Assembly: GCA_964016885.1 (NCBI GenBank)
Contig: CAXHJY010001315.1
Coordinates: forward strand, 1-64,000
Direction of reading: 5' to 3'
From: Eledone cirrhosa
Lineage: Eukaryota
Length of the DNA stretch: 64,000 nucleotides
Shown here piece by piece: positions 29,081 through 41,465 of the stretch. The number at the start of each line of letters is the position of its first letter. Positions within the stretch are counted from its first letter, which is position 1. Both the position numbers and the translations under genes were made by a program. The notes beneath the pieces are model-generated. The model saw only the letters and a program-made list of their open reading frames with translations, was not told the origin of the DNA and made no database searches.

Positions 29081-30103
29081 TTATTGTTCATTTAGCTTGG
29101 GTTTGAATTTATCAATAAAATTCTTTTCTTTGATTTTTCTCTTGATTTCATTTGGGCTGTGTAATTTGTAGAATGGGAATATTATAAATATTCCCTGACC
29201 ACATGTTGCCAGGTGGCCGCTTAGGGGTATCTGACGGACATTTGGGTCTCTGATTTGTTGACGGTGTACCCGTGCACGTTCCGATAGTGCATTTCCAGTT
29301 TGACCGACATATAGTTCTTCACAATTCGGGCATTTAATGCAGTAAATTAGATTTCTGCTTTTGCAGTTCATATTTGCATTTGTGAATATTTTTCCAGTTT
29401 TTGTTTTCATATATTGACCGGCGTGTATGGATTGACATGTGCCGCATCGATTATCATTGCATTTAGATACAGTGAATGATTGGTCTTTGTTGTTAAGGTC
29501 AAACTTTGCTTTTGTTAGCAATTGCTTCAAATTTTTTGGCTGTCTTTTACTAAGAGTCAAAGATCGATCTGTGATTAAGCCTTTTAATTCATTACTTTGA
29601 GCAATGATCGGTAGGTTTGCTTTGGCAGTGTTGAAGATATTCTGGTGACATGGGTTGTGTGTCATTATAAATGGTATGACCAGTTCTTGGTTTCTTCTTC
29701 TTTGGGTTGTTCTAAGTTGTTGTATAGGTATTTTTATAGCCCGCTGTATGCCATTTTCTATAAGTAGAGATGGGTATTTTTGTTTGAGCAAAAATTCTCT
29801 TAGTTCTGTTAGGCGTTTGTACCTGGTATTCGTATCTTCTACAATGGTACAAATTCTTCTGGCTAGGCAGTATGGGATGTTGCGTTTTGTATGAGGTGGA
29901 TGGCACGACTTAAAATTCAGATATTGATGGGTGTCTGTGTGTTTATAATATATATCCGTGGTAATGGTGGTGTCGTTTTTGATTATCATTATATCTAGGA
30001 ATGGTAATTTGGTCCTACTCATCTCTTTTGTGAATTGGAGAGATGGGTGTAGGTTATTCAGGAGGATATTGAACTCATCCAGAGTATCTAGAGATTCTGT
30101 CCA
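29081..30103 (-). pseudogene. 5'-truncated inverted duplicate of PLE ORF2 (RT thumb + Zn finger + GIY-YIG), starting just after the YLDD motif
   Basis: Translation identical to the C-terminal ~340 aa of ORF2 (WTESLDTL...PKLNEQ). Confidence 0.9.
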
Positions 30104-30169
30104 CATACACACCCGTGTATATTTACCTATCTATATCTATATATATATTCCTATTGTGTATATGCCAAC

Positions 30170-31519
30170 ATGTCTGGAAAGCAACAAATGAAACCAACAG
30201 AATCAGAAAGAATTCTAAAGGAGATATCATCGAAATTATCAACACTTATCACGATGATGGACACACAATCCTCTATTTTAAAGGAAATAGAAAAACAATC
30301 TACAGACGGAAAACTTATAACTGAACATATAAACTCTGAAATTAAGAATTTAGCTGAAATTATACCAACAGTTATCAAAGATACAAGAGAAAGCCTACCA
30401 CAACCCCCTTGGATGTCAGAAATAAACGAAAGAAATTTGGAAAACAAAACACATCGAATAAGAAAAGAAATGTGGAAGACATGGAAAAAATTCCTTAACA
30501 TAAGAAAACAAAATTTCTGGAAAGCATACAGATGCGAAAAATATGTCGAAACACATTCGAAATGGCTCTCTCTAACGGCACCCATACTCCCTCGTAAATA
30601 CCTAATTACAGAAATTGCAGGAGAACCAGAAGAAGAAACAAAACTCCGATGGGAACTTACATTGACAAAATTCAGGACCGACATCTCCATTTCTGAATGT
30701 AAACAATCCCGCTACAAAGCCAAATATGAAGCTATTGATGACCAAATTGAAGTTGAAATTTCAAAGCTAACGACTGGTATTATAGCTGAAAAACTACGAG
30801 AACTATGGATCGGAGATATCTCAAAAGAAGAAAACAAATCAAGAAAGGTATGGCAGCAGAAACAATTATTTCTCGATGAATATGCTGCAAATTACGGTAA
30901 AGACTCTGGAACCCTGAGAAAAAGCATTAAAAGTGGACAATCTCATCAACACAACATACGCCAGAACACGTGCCAACACAAACACTCACCTTACCTTGAA
31001 TCAAAGAAGAACTACGGTAATAACTCTTCGCTTTTTCTACAAAAACACCCTATCGCACACAACATGAACAAAAAGCACAAACACGATAGGTATTCCTTTG
31101 ACCAGACCATGAGAAGTAGTAAAACCAGGAGATCATTCTCAAGATCTCAACAGAGACTACCAACAAGGAATGTGGAAACAAAACGTAGAATAACCAGATC
31201 ACTCTCAAGATCTCAACAGAGATTGCCCACAAGAAACTGGACGAAAAAACGATCTAAACCTGAAAGCAAACCTAGGTCATTTTCCCAGATTGTTAAAAAT
31301 AATGCTAACAGGAAGAAAAATAATATACAGAATACCAAAAATAGGACAAAATACATAACGAAACCAAATATAATATCACGACCAAAAGTTCATCAAGCGA
31401 ACACCAACAGGAATATAAATCCTGAACAGAGAAAAATTCATTTTTTAACGTCAGGACAACAAAAACCGGAAAAAGAAAAACTCCAGGAGGAAACATACCC
31501 AAAACAGCTGTACACGTAG
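30170..31519 (+). CDS. PLE ORF1, 449 aa: helical/coiled-coil-like N-terminal half, basic Arg/Ser/Lys-rich C-terminal half
   Basis: Uninterrupted non-repetitive ORF directly upstream of, and overlapping, the RT frame. Starts about 65 nt after the element 5' end. Confidence 0.85.
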   Translation: MSGKQQMKPTESERILKEISSKLSTLITMMDTQSSILKEIEKQSTDGKLITEHINSEIKNLAEIIPTVIKDTRESLPQPPWMSEINERNLENKTHRIRKEMWKTWKKFLNIRKQNFWKAYRCEKYVETHSKWLSLTAPILPRKYLITEIAGEPEEETKLRWELTLTKFRTDISISECKQSRYKAKYEAIDDQIEVEISKLTTGIIAEKLRELWIGDISKEENKSRKVWQQKQLFLDEYAANYGKDSGTLRKSIKSGQSHQHNIRQNTCQHKHSPYLESKKNYGNNSSLFLQKHPIAHNMNKKHKHDRYSFDQTMRSSKTRRSFSRSQQRLPTRNVETKRRITRSLSRSQQRLPTRNWTKKRSKPESKPRSFSQIVKNNANRKKNNIQNTKNRTKYITKPNIISRPKVHQANTNRNINPEQRKIHFLTSGQQKPEKEKLQEETYPKQLYT

Positions 31520-33753
31520 ATCCTAAAATAATTAATTTATCTAAAAGAGATCTTGACAATGATGAAATGCAAATTCTGTCAAAAGGACTGAAATTCACAC
31601 CGACTCCAACAGTCAACCACCAAGAACTGAAGGAGGATACCCAAGAATTCTGTCGAAAATTACGTCTTGTAGAATTCTTCGCTGATAAAAATAATGAGAG
31701 TGATGAATCACTAGTAAAGAATAAATCAAATTTCACTCCGCCAAAAGGAAGAAATATCTATCTCGACCAATACATTGACATCCTGTCTAAATTTCCTCTT
31801 AGACATAATACTAATGTTAGGCCAAACATTAACAAATCAGAAATGTCTGCACTTAAACGTATACAAAATGATAAAACAATAATAATTAAACAAGCAGATA
31901 AAGGGGGTGCAGTTGTTATAATGGATACTGAATACTACAAGGATTTGGTTGAGGAACAACTGAAAGACACAACATTCTATCATGAAATACCGTCAAATAT
32001 AGACCACAACATCATGAAGAAGATCAACAACCTGGCTTCAAAATACCACAACTCATTTACTGATAAGGAAAGAGACTACATCACCAATTTTGAGCCGAAA
32101 CCCAGCAACCTGTATGGCCTACCGAAAGTTCACAAGTCAAAAGAAATACAACTGGCAGTAAGAGAACAAAACAGTGAGTACATTAAATTATTACACCCAA
32201 AAGACTTAAAACTTAGACCTATTATAGCTGGTCCAACATGCCCCACTCACCGTCTAAGCAATTTTGTTGACATTATTTTGAAACCACTATGTATTCACAT
32301 ACCCAGTTTCATCCGGGATGATATCGACTTCCTGTCCCATCTTCCCAAAACCACGGAAACGAATTCACTTCTACTCAGTTTTGATGTGGTAAGCCTTTAC
32401 ACCAACATTACACATGATTTAGGAATAAAGGCGGTTAAATACTGGGTGGAAAAACATAGAGAAGTGATTCCCATTAGATTCACAGCGCCATTTATATTAG
32501 ACGCAGTTAAACTTATTCTGGAAAACAACACTTTCTTCTTCAATGGAAAGAATTACATCCAAATTAGAGGCACAGCGATGGGAACGAAGTTTGCTCCCGT
32601 TTACGCGAACTCTGTAATGGGATACTTAGAACAACAACTCTACCAAGAAATAGAGGAAAAATATAGTACTGACTTTAGAAAGTACATTGAAAAATCTTGG
32701 AAGAGATACCTTGACGACTGTTTCATCATCTGGACAGAATCTCTAGATACTCTGGATGAGTTCAATATCCTCCTGAATAACCTACACCCATCTCTCCAAT
32801 TCACAAAAGAGATGAGTAGGACCAAATTACCATTCCTAGATATAATGATAATCAAAAACGACACCACCATTACCACGGATATATATTATAAACACACAGA
32901 CACCCATCAATATCTGAATTTTAAGTCGTGCCATCCACCTCATACAAAACGCAACATCCCATACTGCCTAGCCAGAAGAATTTGTACCATTGTAGAAGAT
33001 ACGAATACCAGGTACAAACGCCTAACAGAACTAAGAGAATTTTTGCTCAAACAAAAATACCCATCTCTACTTATAGAAAATGGCATACAGCGGGCTATAA
33101 AAATACCTATACAACAACTTAGAACAACCCAAAGAAGAAGAAACCAAGAACTGGTCATACCATTTATAATGACACACAACCCATGTCACCAGAATATCTT
33201 CAACACTGCCAAAGCAAACCTACCGATCATTGCTCAAAGTAATGAATTAAAAGGCTTAATCACAGATCGATCTTTGACTCTTAGTAAAAGACAGCCAAAA
33301 AATTTGAAGCAATTGCTAACAAAAGCAAAGTTTGACCTTAACAACAAAGACCAATCATTCACTGTATCTAAATGCAATGATAATCGATGCGGCACATGTC
33401 AATCCATACACGCCGGTCAATATATGAAAACAAAAACTGGAAAAATATTCACAAATGCAAATATGAACTGCAAAAGCAGAAATCTAATTTACTGCATTAA
33501 ATGCCCGAATTGTGAAGAACTATATGTCGGTCAAACTGGAAATGCACTATCGGAACGTGCACGGGTACACCGTCAACAAATCAGAGACCCAAATGTCCGT
33601 CAGATACCCCTAAGCGGCCACCTGGCAACATGTGGTCAGGGAATATTTATAATATTCCCATTCTACAAATTACACAGCCCAAATGAAATCAAGAGAAAAA
33701 TCAAAGAAAAGAATTTTATTGATAAATTCAAACCCAAGCTAAATGAACAATAA
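31441..33753 (+). CDS. PLE reverse transcriptase + Cys Zn-finger linker + GIY-YIG endonuclease (first ATG 31567; frame open from 31426, probably entered by -1 frameshift at 31441-31447)
   Basis: IINLS..L...E..ILSKGLKFTPTP, KQADKGGAVV, YGLPKVHK, LRPII, SFDVVSLYTNI, GTAMGTKFAP.YAN, RYLDDCF, PFLD, CNDNRCGTC, LIYCIKCPNCEELYVGQT..R..HR..H. The conserved IINLS motif lies upstream of the first Met. Confidence 0.95.
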   Translation, partial: FFNVRTTKTGKRKTPGGNIPKTAVHVDPKIINLSKRDLDNDEMQILSKGLKFTPTPTVNHQELKEDTQEFCRKLRLVEFFADKNNESDESLVKNKSNFTPPKGRNIYLDQYIDILSKFPLRHNTNVRPNINKSEMSALKRIQNDKTIIIKQADKGGAVVIMDTEYYKDLVEEQLKDTTFYHEIPSNIDHNIMKKINNLASKYHNSFTDKERDYITNFEPKPSNLYGLPKVHKSKEIQLAVREQNSEYIKLLHPKDLKLRPIIAGPTCPTHRLSNFVDIILKPLCIHIPSFIRDDIDFLSHLPKTTETNSLLLSFDVVSLYTNITHDLGIKAVKYWVEKHREVIPIRFTAPFILDAVKLILENNTFFFNGKNYIQIRGTAMGTKFAPVYANSVMGYLEQQLYQEIEEKYSTDFRKYIEKSWKRYLDDCFIIWTESLDTLDEFNILLNNLHPSLQFTKEMSRTKLPFLDIMIIKNDTTITTDIYYKHTDTHQYLNFKSCHPPHTKRNIPYCLARRICTIVEDTNTRYKRLTELREFLLKQKYPSLLIENGIQRAIKIPIQQLRTTQRRRNQELVIPFIMTHNPCHQNIFNTAKANLPIIAQSNELKGLITDRSLTLSKRQPKNLKQLLTKAKFDLNNKDQSFTVSKCNDNRCGTCQSIHAGQYMKTKTGKIFTNANMNCKSRNLIYCIKCPNCEELYVGQTGNALSERARVHRQQIRDPNVRQIPLSGHLATCGQGIFIIFPFYKLHSPNEIKRKIKEKNFIDKFKPKLNEQ

Positions 33754-33920
33754 TAACGCCTAGGGGTATTACTTCTACTACCACTATGACCACGACCACT
33801 AACAACAACAACAACAACAATAATAATAATAATAAAAGTGATGTTGATGGTGATGATTAATAGAAAATGCTATTTTCATCATTTCAAAAAAGCAAAACAA
33901 TTGATACGTTGGATATGACT

Positions 33921-34095
33921 ATTGGTCGTTAGCATGCTCAACCAGCCGTGACGCTTAAACCAATCAGCTGTAGTAATTCAGTGAAACTACACACTGATTG
34001 GTCGAAATACAGTTTACAGGGCTTTGCATTCTGGAGCCACTTTTCTCTGTATAAAATGTATAAAAGGTAGGAAATTTACCCATCTCATTACAGTT
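33921..34095 (+). promoter_or_regulatory. Putative Pol II promoter in the PLE pseudo-LTR: CCAAT boxes, TATA boxes, Inr-like site
   Basis: ATTGG at 33921, CCAATCAG at 33960, GATTGG at about 33996, TATAAAA at 34050 and TATAAAAG at 34059, TCATTACAGTT at 34085-34095 about 30 nt downstream. Confidence 0.55.
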
Positions 34096-34128
34096 GAAAA
34101 TTGCAAACTCGACTGTCACCACATATCA

Positions 34129-34167
34129 TGAACCTGAAGATTGCGAAAGCATGAAAGTACTTGTTCA
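34129..34167 (+). ncRNA. Minimal type I hammerhead ribozyme of the PLE pseudo-LTR
   Basis: TGAAC-CTGAAGA-T-TGC GAAA GCA-T-GAAA-GTAC-T-T-GTTCA: 5-bp stem I, conserved core, GNRA-capped stem II, palindromic stem III (AGTACT). Predicted cleavage after 34162. Confidence 0.85.
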
Positions 34168-34382
34168 ATTAACACTTAGAATTTAATATTCTATCATACT
34201 ATTTCATTATAATACCATTATATATATTTTAAAGGATTGTAAATAAAACGAGTAAATCAGACAAAGTTGGAATTCCTCTTATTAATATATATATATATAT
34301 ATATATATTTTTATACATATATACATATATACATATATATATATATGTATCTTTATATATGCCTCTGTCTCTCTCTCACTCG

Positions 34383-34469
<87 letters not shown>

Positions 34470-34844
34470 TCAGTCTATCAATCTCTCACCTTCTCTGGAA
34501 GAAATCATCTAAGTTCAGGCCTGGATAGGGATGGGTTCGCCAGATTTCAAATACTCATGTCTACGGCAACCCAACAACCTCACCACGAGGTACAACACAT
34601 TGCATACGTATTGATTTATTTTCGCTAACCTTTCACGTATGTCGTAGAAACCAGCGTGTTGGGTGCAAGCTTGCGCAAACACACATAGCTTCTACACAAA
34701 GTAGACCGCCATTGTTAGAAAATATTCCATCATTTAACTGGGGGATGGTGGAGAACTTACGGGGATGGGGCGACTCACGTCTCCCTACACGTTTTATATA
34801 CATACATAAATATAAAGAAAATACATATGAATAATATATATGAA

Positions 34845-34903
<59 letters not shown>

Positions 34904-35062
34904 ATATATATATATATTAATACATAAACATAAATATATATGTATATATATACATAAACATATATATATCTATTTATATATATATATTTATGTATATATA
35001 TACATATATATTTATTTATATATATATATATAAATATATAAATATATATATATATATAAATA

Positions 35063-35140
<78 letters not shown>

Positions 35141-35148
35141 TATAAATA

Positions 35149-35275
<127 letters not shown>

Positions 35276-35687
35276 TTGCCTACCGTGAACGTACGACACT
35301 ATAACTCAACGTTCAACCAATTACTCACGTGATACAAATTCAAGCTGAGTAAAAAAGAATGCAACAACAACAACGACGACAACGAAGATGGCGATAAAAT
35401 AAAATATGGATGGGTGTGGGAGCAATTTATCATCTGATAAACTAAACTCACTCACTTGGCTAAAAAACAGACGCTAGTGACGGAAGCAGTCGACTTTGTC
35501 CGAAGATGTCGAGATAAGGAGAAGCTTAGCTCACTATCCACGTGTCAACAACATCCGATCCGAACCCGACAAAACAGTTCGTTGGAATATAAAAAAAAAT
35601 GGATATAAAAAAAAAATGTAAAAGACACAAATATTAAAAACAGCAGAAGAAAATTGAAAGTAAAAATATATAGAATATATAAATAAA

Positions 35688-35758
<71 letters not shown>

Positions 35759-35798
35759 CATATATATATAAATGTATATATACATATATATATAAATG

Positions 35799-35890
<92 letters not shown>

Positions 35891-35950
35891 TATATATATA
35901 TATATATATACATATATATATAAATGTATATATACATATATATATAAATG

Positions 35951-36084
<134 letters not shown>

Positions 36085-36133
36085 CATATATATATAAATG
36101 TATATATACATATATATATAAATGTATATATAA

Positions 36134-36209
<76 letters not shown>

Positions 36210-36602
36210 CACACAGCCTCGTTTCTATATGAAGAACAAAAAAAGGAACGATGGAAAATGCCCGAACCATCCAGAAAGTGTGTGATGGCGTTGGTGGCGG
36301 CAGAGAGGGGCGGGGATAATGTTTTATTTTATTTTTGCTTTTGTTTGTTTTGTGGGGGTTTCTTTTGATATTATTTTTTGTTTAACATTTCGTGCCTTTG
36401 TCTGTTTAAAGTAACCCACTTGAAGAACTCGATCGCCATTTGCAGGCAATTTATTGCCATGCGCAAACGAACGACAACATGACAAGAAAATACACAAATG
36501 AATAAATAAATAAATTCCAATATTCTAGAGGAATTCAAGTAAACAAACAACGAATGAATTTAAACAAAAATAAAATTCTCTTTTTAAAAAATGTAAAGCA
36601 TT

Positions 36603-36637
<35 letters not shown>

Positions 36638-36653
36638 ATTTATACTCATGTAA

Positions 36654-36684
<31 letters not shown>

Positions 36685-37437
36685 TATAATATATATGCAT
36701 ATAAAGTAGAAATATATCTATATATATTTATATATTATATATTTTATATATTTATATATTTATATGAACATCTATGTATATATGTATATATGTATATATG
36801 TATATATATATACATTTATATATATATAATATATGTATATATAGTACAAATATATCTATATATATATATACTATATATTTATATGAATATATATATAAAC
36901 ATATATATATATATATATACATACATGTGTGTGTGTATGTATGTGTGTGTTAAGCTTCATGTTCTAAATTTTACATAATATTTTATGTTATATTTTTAAT
37001 GATTTTTCTCCAACGTTTTCACTGCTTATCGTTTTCTTGTTTGTGTTTTTTTAATTTTATTTGTATTTTCTTTTAGTTTATTCCCAGTTTTTCTTAGAAC
37101 TATTGCTACGCCATTGCCAGCAAAGTTTAAACCGATTATCTGTTGGTATTAATCTTCTGGAAATTTCTCTGGAGGAGATCATGAAAGATTGACACCTTCA
37201 GTGTTATGTTCTATGGCCTTCATGCTAAATAACTCAAGGCTAGGATTAAGCGACACTGTTACACCGTCCGGCATGTTGTGTTCTTATTTAAAACCTGTGT
37301 ATAGACGATCCTTGAAATCAGGTTCCAGCTTTTTCCGAAACCAACAAACAGTGGAATTTATTGACACAGTATGCAGGAAAAACGATAGAATTTCCAGTTA
37401 TTTGTAAAATATTAATTTTTGTCAATATGTATGCATC

Positions 37438-37502
<65 letters not shown>

Positions 37503-37507
<5 letters not shown>

Positions 37508-37554
37508 CATCCTTATTTTGGACCACGCTATGTTGTGGTACTATATATAACATA

Positions 37555-37617
<63 letters not shown>

Positions 37618-37641
37618 TCATTTGTAAATAATTCATTTTCG

Positions 37642-37673
<32 letters not shown>

Positions 37674-37834
37674 TGTATATCTAAGGCGGGTAAAATTCCC
37701 GAGATCCATGGACGAGTTCTCTCCAGCGGTCTCTGTCCCTCATTATCGCTGCCATGTCCTGCGTCTCCAACAGACCAGTGTCTGTCCTTAGGGCATCAAC
37801 ATACGTTAACCTTGGTCTTCCTCTTCTAGTGTGT

Positions 37835-37870
<36 letters not shown>

Positions 37871-37911
37871 GAAAATGAATTATTTACAAATGATTGGAAA
37901 TTATATATATA

Positions 37912-38008
<97 letters not shown>

Positions 38009-38100
38009 TATGCTATGTTATATATAGTACTACAACATAGCGTGGTCCAAAATAAGGATGAACATAAAGGCACACACGATATTTTTATATTAAATGTAAT
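37503..38100. repeat. Inverted-repeat element with (TA)n expansions inside both arms
   Basis: 37503-37558 pairs with 38011-38065, and 37608-37643 pairs with 37868-37903. Confidence 0.7.
37681..37838 (-). mobile_element. RTE-clade LINE 3' fragment
   Basis: Minus-strand translation [51 protein letters not shown], the typical RTE C-terminus (RGRP...D...DR..WR). Confidence 0.85.
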
Positions 38101-38606
38101 AAACATACAAGTAACTCGTTGTGAATATTGTAAGGCACGATCATGTCACAGCTACCTCAGTAGCCGTGTGAGATTGTCAGACACGTTTATTAGGATTTTT
38201 ATCTGTAACCGGTGACATTTCTTCACCTAATAACGAGTCAAGTATAATCATGTAAAATATATGCTCTTTGTGTATGAAACATCGGCTGAAGATGCTCATT
38301 TGCATACAGTGTAAATTTTACTTTATACATATATTTATATACAGGGTGACCTCAGAAACACTCCTTGATTTCAAATACTAATAATATCAAAACTTAAATG
38401 AATATTTTACAATATTGGTGGCTATAGTTGGATAAACAGAGTTTACCTTAACCAAGCCAAATAGACTAATTCAAAGGATATATCGGTCGCATATGATTTT
38501 GACATGAGCTAAACTGTGTTTATATGCTTCTATGATCCCCATCACCAACACCACCGCCAATACCACCTCCACTAGCTTCACATTCACCACCACACCGCCA
38601 ACACCA

Positions 38607-38680
<74 letters not shown>

Positions 38681-38683
<3 letters not shown>

Positions 38684-38962
38684 AAGTTATATTTAAAATT
38701 GTTGGGTTACAACTAGTAAATATTTATAACTGATATAAAAGCACTCGACAAATATTTGGAGTATATTTACAATATTAAATAAATGGAAAACTATATTTAT
38801 AAAACCATATTTATTTCATTATATATATTTCGGGGATATCATATTAACAATATGCTATGCCTTCATCAGACAAAATACAATATAAACAGTTTTATAGATA
38901 AATATATTCGACATACCGTAATAAACATCAAGTTCATTTGAAGAGGTTTACTCTAGCAGTGA
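38681..38962 (-). mobile_element. Non-palindromic copy of the 27578-28053 family, HHR at 38812-38877 with canonical CTGATGA
   Basis: Near-identical to 27580-27858, adjacent to (TA)n. Confidence 0.85.
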
Positions 38963-39131
38963 AAATACAGAGAGAAAGAAAGAGAGAGAGAAAAGAGGGA
39001 AATAAGAAAGAGAGAAAGACAAAACGAAGAAAAGGAAGAAAAAGAAGAAAAAGAAAAAGAAGAAATGCATGGGACAAAATAGAGAGATGGAAAAATAGAT
39101 AAAGCGAAGAGCTTCATGTAAAGAGACAGAA

Positions 39132-39209
<78 letters not shown>

Positions 39210-39406
39210 AAACTTATCTACGGAACAGGTTTGATTTTGAAATTTAAATGTGTCTAAACATCATAGCCATTTAGCAATGCAGTTCGTCTTTGTTGATTTA
39301 TTATTTTAAATCGATATGGACAAACTGTAGTATAATAATTAGTATACTTCATTCTGGCTAAATTTTCTTTTGCAATATAAATACAGATGTGTTGGTATCT
39401 GTGTTT

Positions 39407-39467
<61 letters not shown>

Positions 39468-39541
39468 TAAACGTGCTGCGGGGTTGCAAATGGGTTACAT
39501 ATGAATAAAGTGGTCCTTCATCCTGATGAAGGACCACTTTA

Positions 39542-39658
<117 letters not shown>

Positions 39659-39663
39659 ATATA

Positions 39664-39764
<101 letters not shown>

Positions 39765-39887
39765 GTAGATAAATCTACCAAAAGTTTACGGTAGTGTCCA
39801 ATCCGTATGAAGAACTCAATGTAGGTATCTGTGTTTCATCATATATATATATATATATATATAAGAATAAACGTGCTGCGGAGTTGC

Positions 39888-39965
<78 letters not shown>

Positions 39966-39973
39966 GTATATAT

Positions 39974-40106
<133 letters not shown>

Positions 40107-40118
40107 TACATATATACA

Positions 40119-40184
<66 letters not shown>

Positions 40185-40711
40185 TACATACACATATATA
40201 TCGGGTTAGGGGTCAGGCTTACATACACACATATACAACAAAAACGACAACAACAACCACAAAAACAACAACTATAACAACAAAAAACCACAACAAAAAC
40301 AACAGTAATAACAACAACAACAACAACAAAACCAACATCAACGACAATGACAGTAACAACAACATCAACGATGACAACAACAAAAGCAACGACGACAACA
40401 ACATCAACAACGTGTTGGTGCTGGACGGGAGGTAACTACGTTAGCTCGACATGTTTTGTTTTAGTGTTTGGGTTATCTTGGCTTGGCTTGGCTTGTTGAC
40501 TTCTGTCGTATGCTTGTGACGAGTTTAAAGACAGGACACAGATTACAAATGGTGATGGCGTTGGCCCGGGGGGTCGGGCGGTCAGACAGTCAGCCAGATA
40601 GACGACATGAGCAAGGGCGAGAAAGATTGATGGTGGCAAGTAACATGCGGGCTAAAGTTACAACTACAGCTACTGTGTACACTACAACAACAATAACAGC
40701 AATAACTACTA

Positions 40712-40759
<48 letters not shown>

Positions 40760-40922
40760 CCGCTACTTCTGCTGCTGCTACTACAATAACAACAACTACT
40801 ACTACTGCTACTACTGCTGCTACTGCTGCTGCTGCTACTACTACTACTACTACTACTACTGCTACTACTGCTGCTACTACTACTACTACTACATAAACAA
40901 TAAAACACATCAACAACAATAG

Positions 40923-41465
40923 TAATAATTGTTTCTACTTAGGCACAAGGCCAGCAATTACCCAGTGCATTACTGGTACTTTATTTTATCGACCCCGTAA
41001 GGATGAAAGGCAAAGTCAACCTCGGCGGGATTTGAACTCAGATCGTAAAGGGACGTAACTCTATGCTGGAAAGCATGGCGTCCGACCCTCTACCAAAGAA
41101 TGTTGTTGATGACAATGATATTGATGATGCTGCTGCTGATGATGATGATGTTGATGATGATGATGACGATGATGCTGATGGTTTCCTGTATTCGCCACAA
41201 GGGCGCCAGATAAAGGAAGCATTACCAAGGACAGTAACTACAACAACAACAACAACAACCATAGTAATAATAATAATTGTTTCTACTTAGGCACAAGGCC
41301 AGCAATTACCCAGTGTGTGCATTACTGGTACTTTATTTTATCGACCCCGTAAGGATGAAAGGCAAAGTTAACCTCGGCGGGATTTGAACTCAGATCGTAA
41401 AGGGACGTAACTATGCTGGAAAGCATGGCGCCAGACTCTCTACTGATACTGCCAATCCACCGCCA
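40923..41465 (-). mobile_element. Two SINE copies (40923-41097, 41272-41465)
   Basis: Family consensus as at 62870-63060, reverse strand. Confidence 0.9.

Larger units (their letters stand above)
28493..34289 (+). mobile_element. Penelope-like retroelement (GIY-YIG EN+, Neptune/Nematis-type architecture): full copy 30104-34289 (+) fused head-to-head to an inverted 3' partial copy 28493-30103 (-), inserted in (TA)n
   Basis: RT and GIY-YIG motifs in ORF2. 28545-30103 is the reverse complement of 32731-34289. Both outer ends abut (TA)n. Hammerhead motif in the 3' region. Confidence 0.95.

Noticed and set aside
29081-30112. Independent 343-aa endonuclease gene
   Set aside because: Truncated inverted duplicate. 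Its start codons come by chance from the junction with the element leader.
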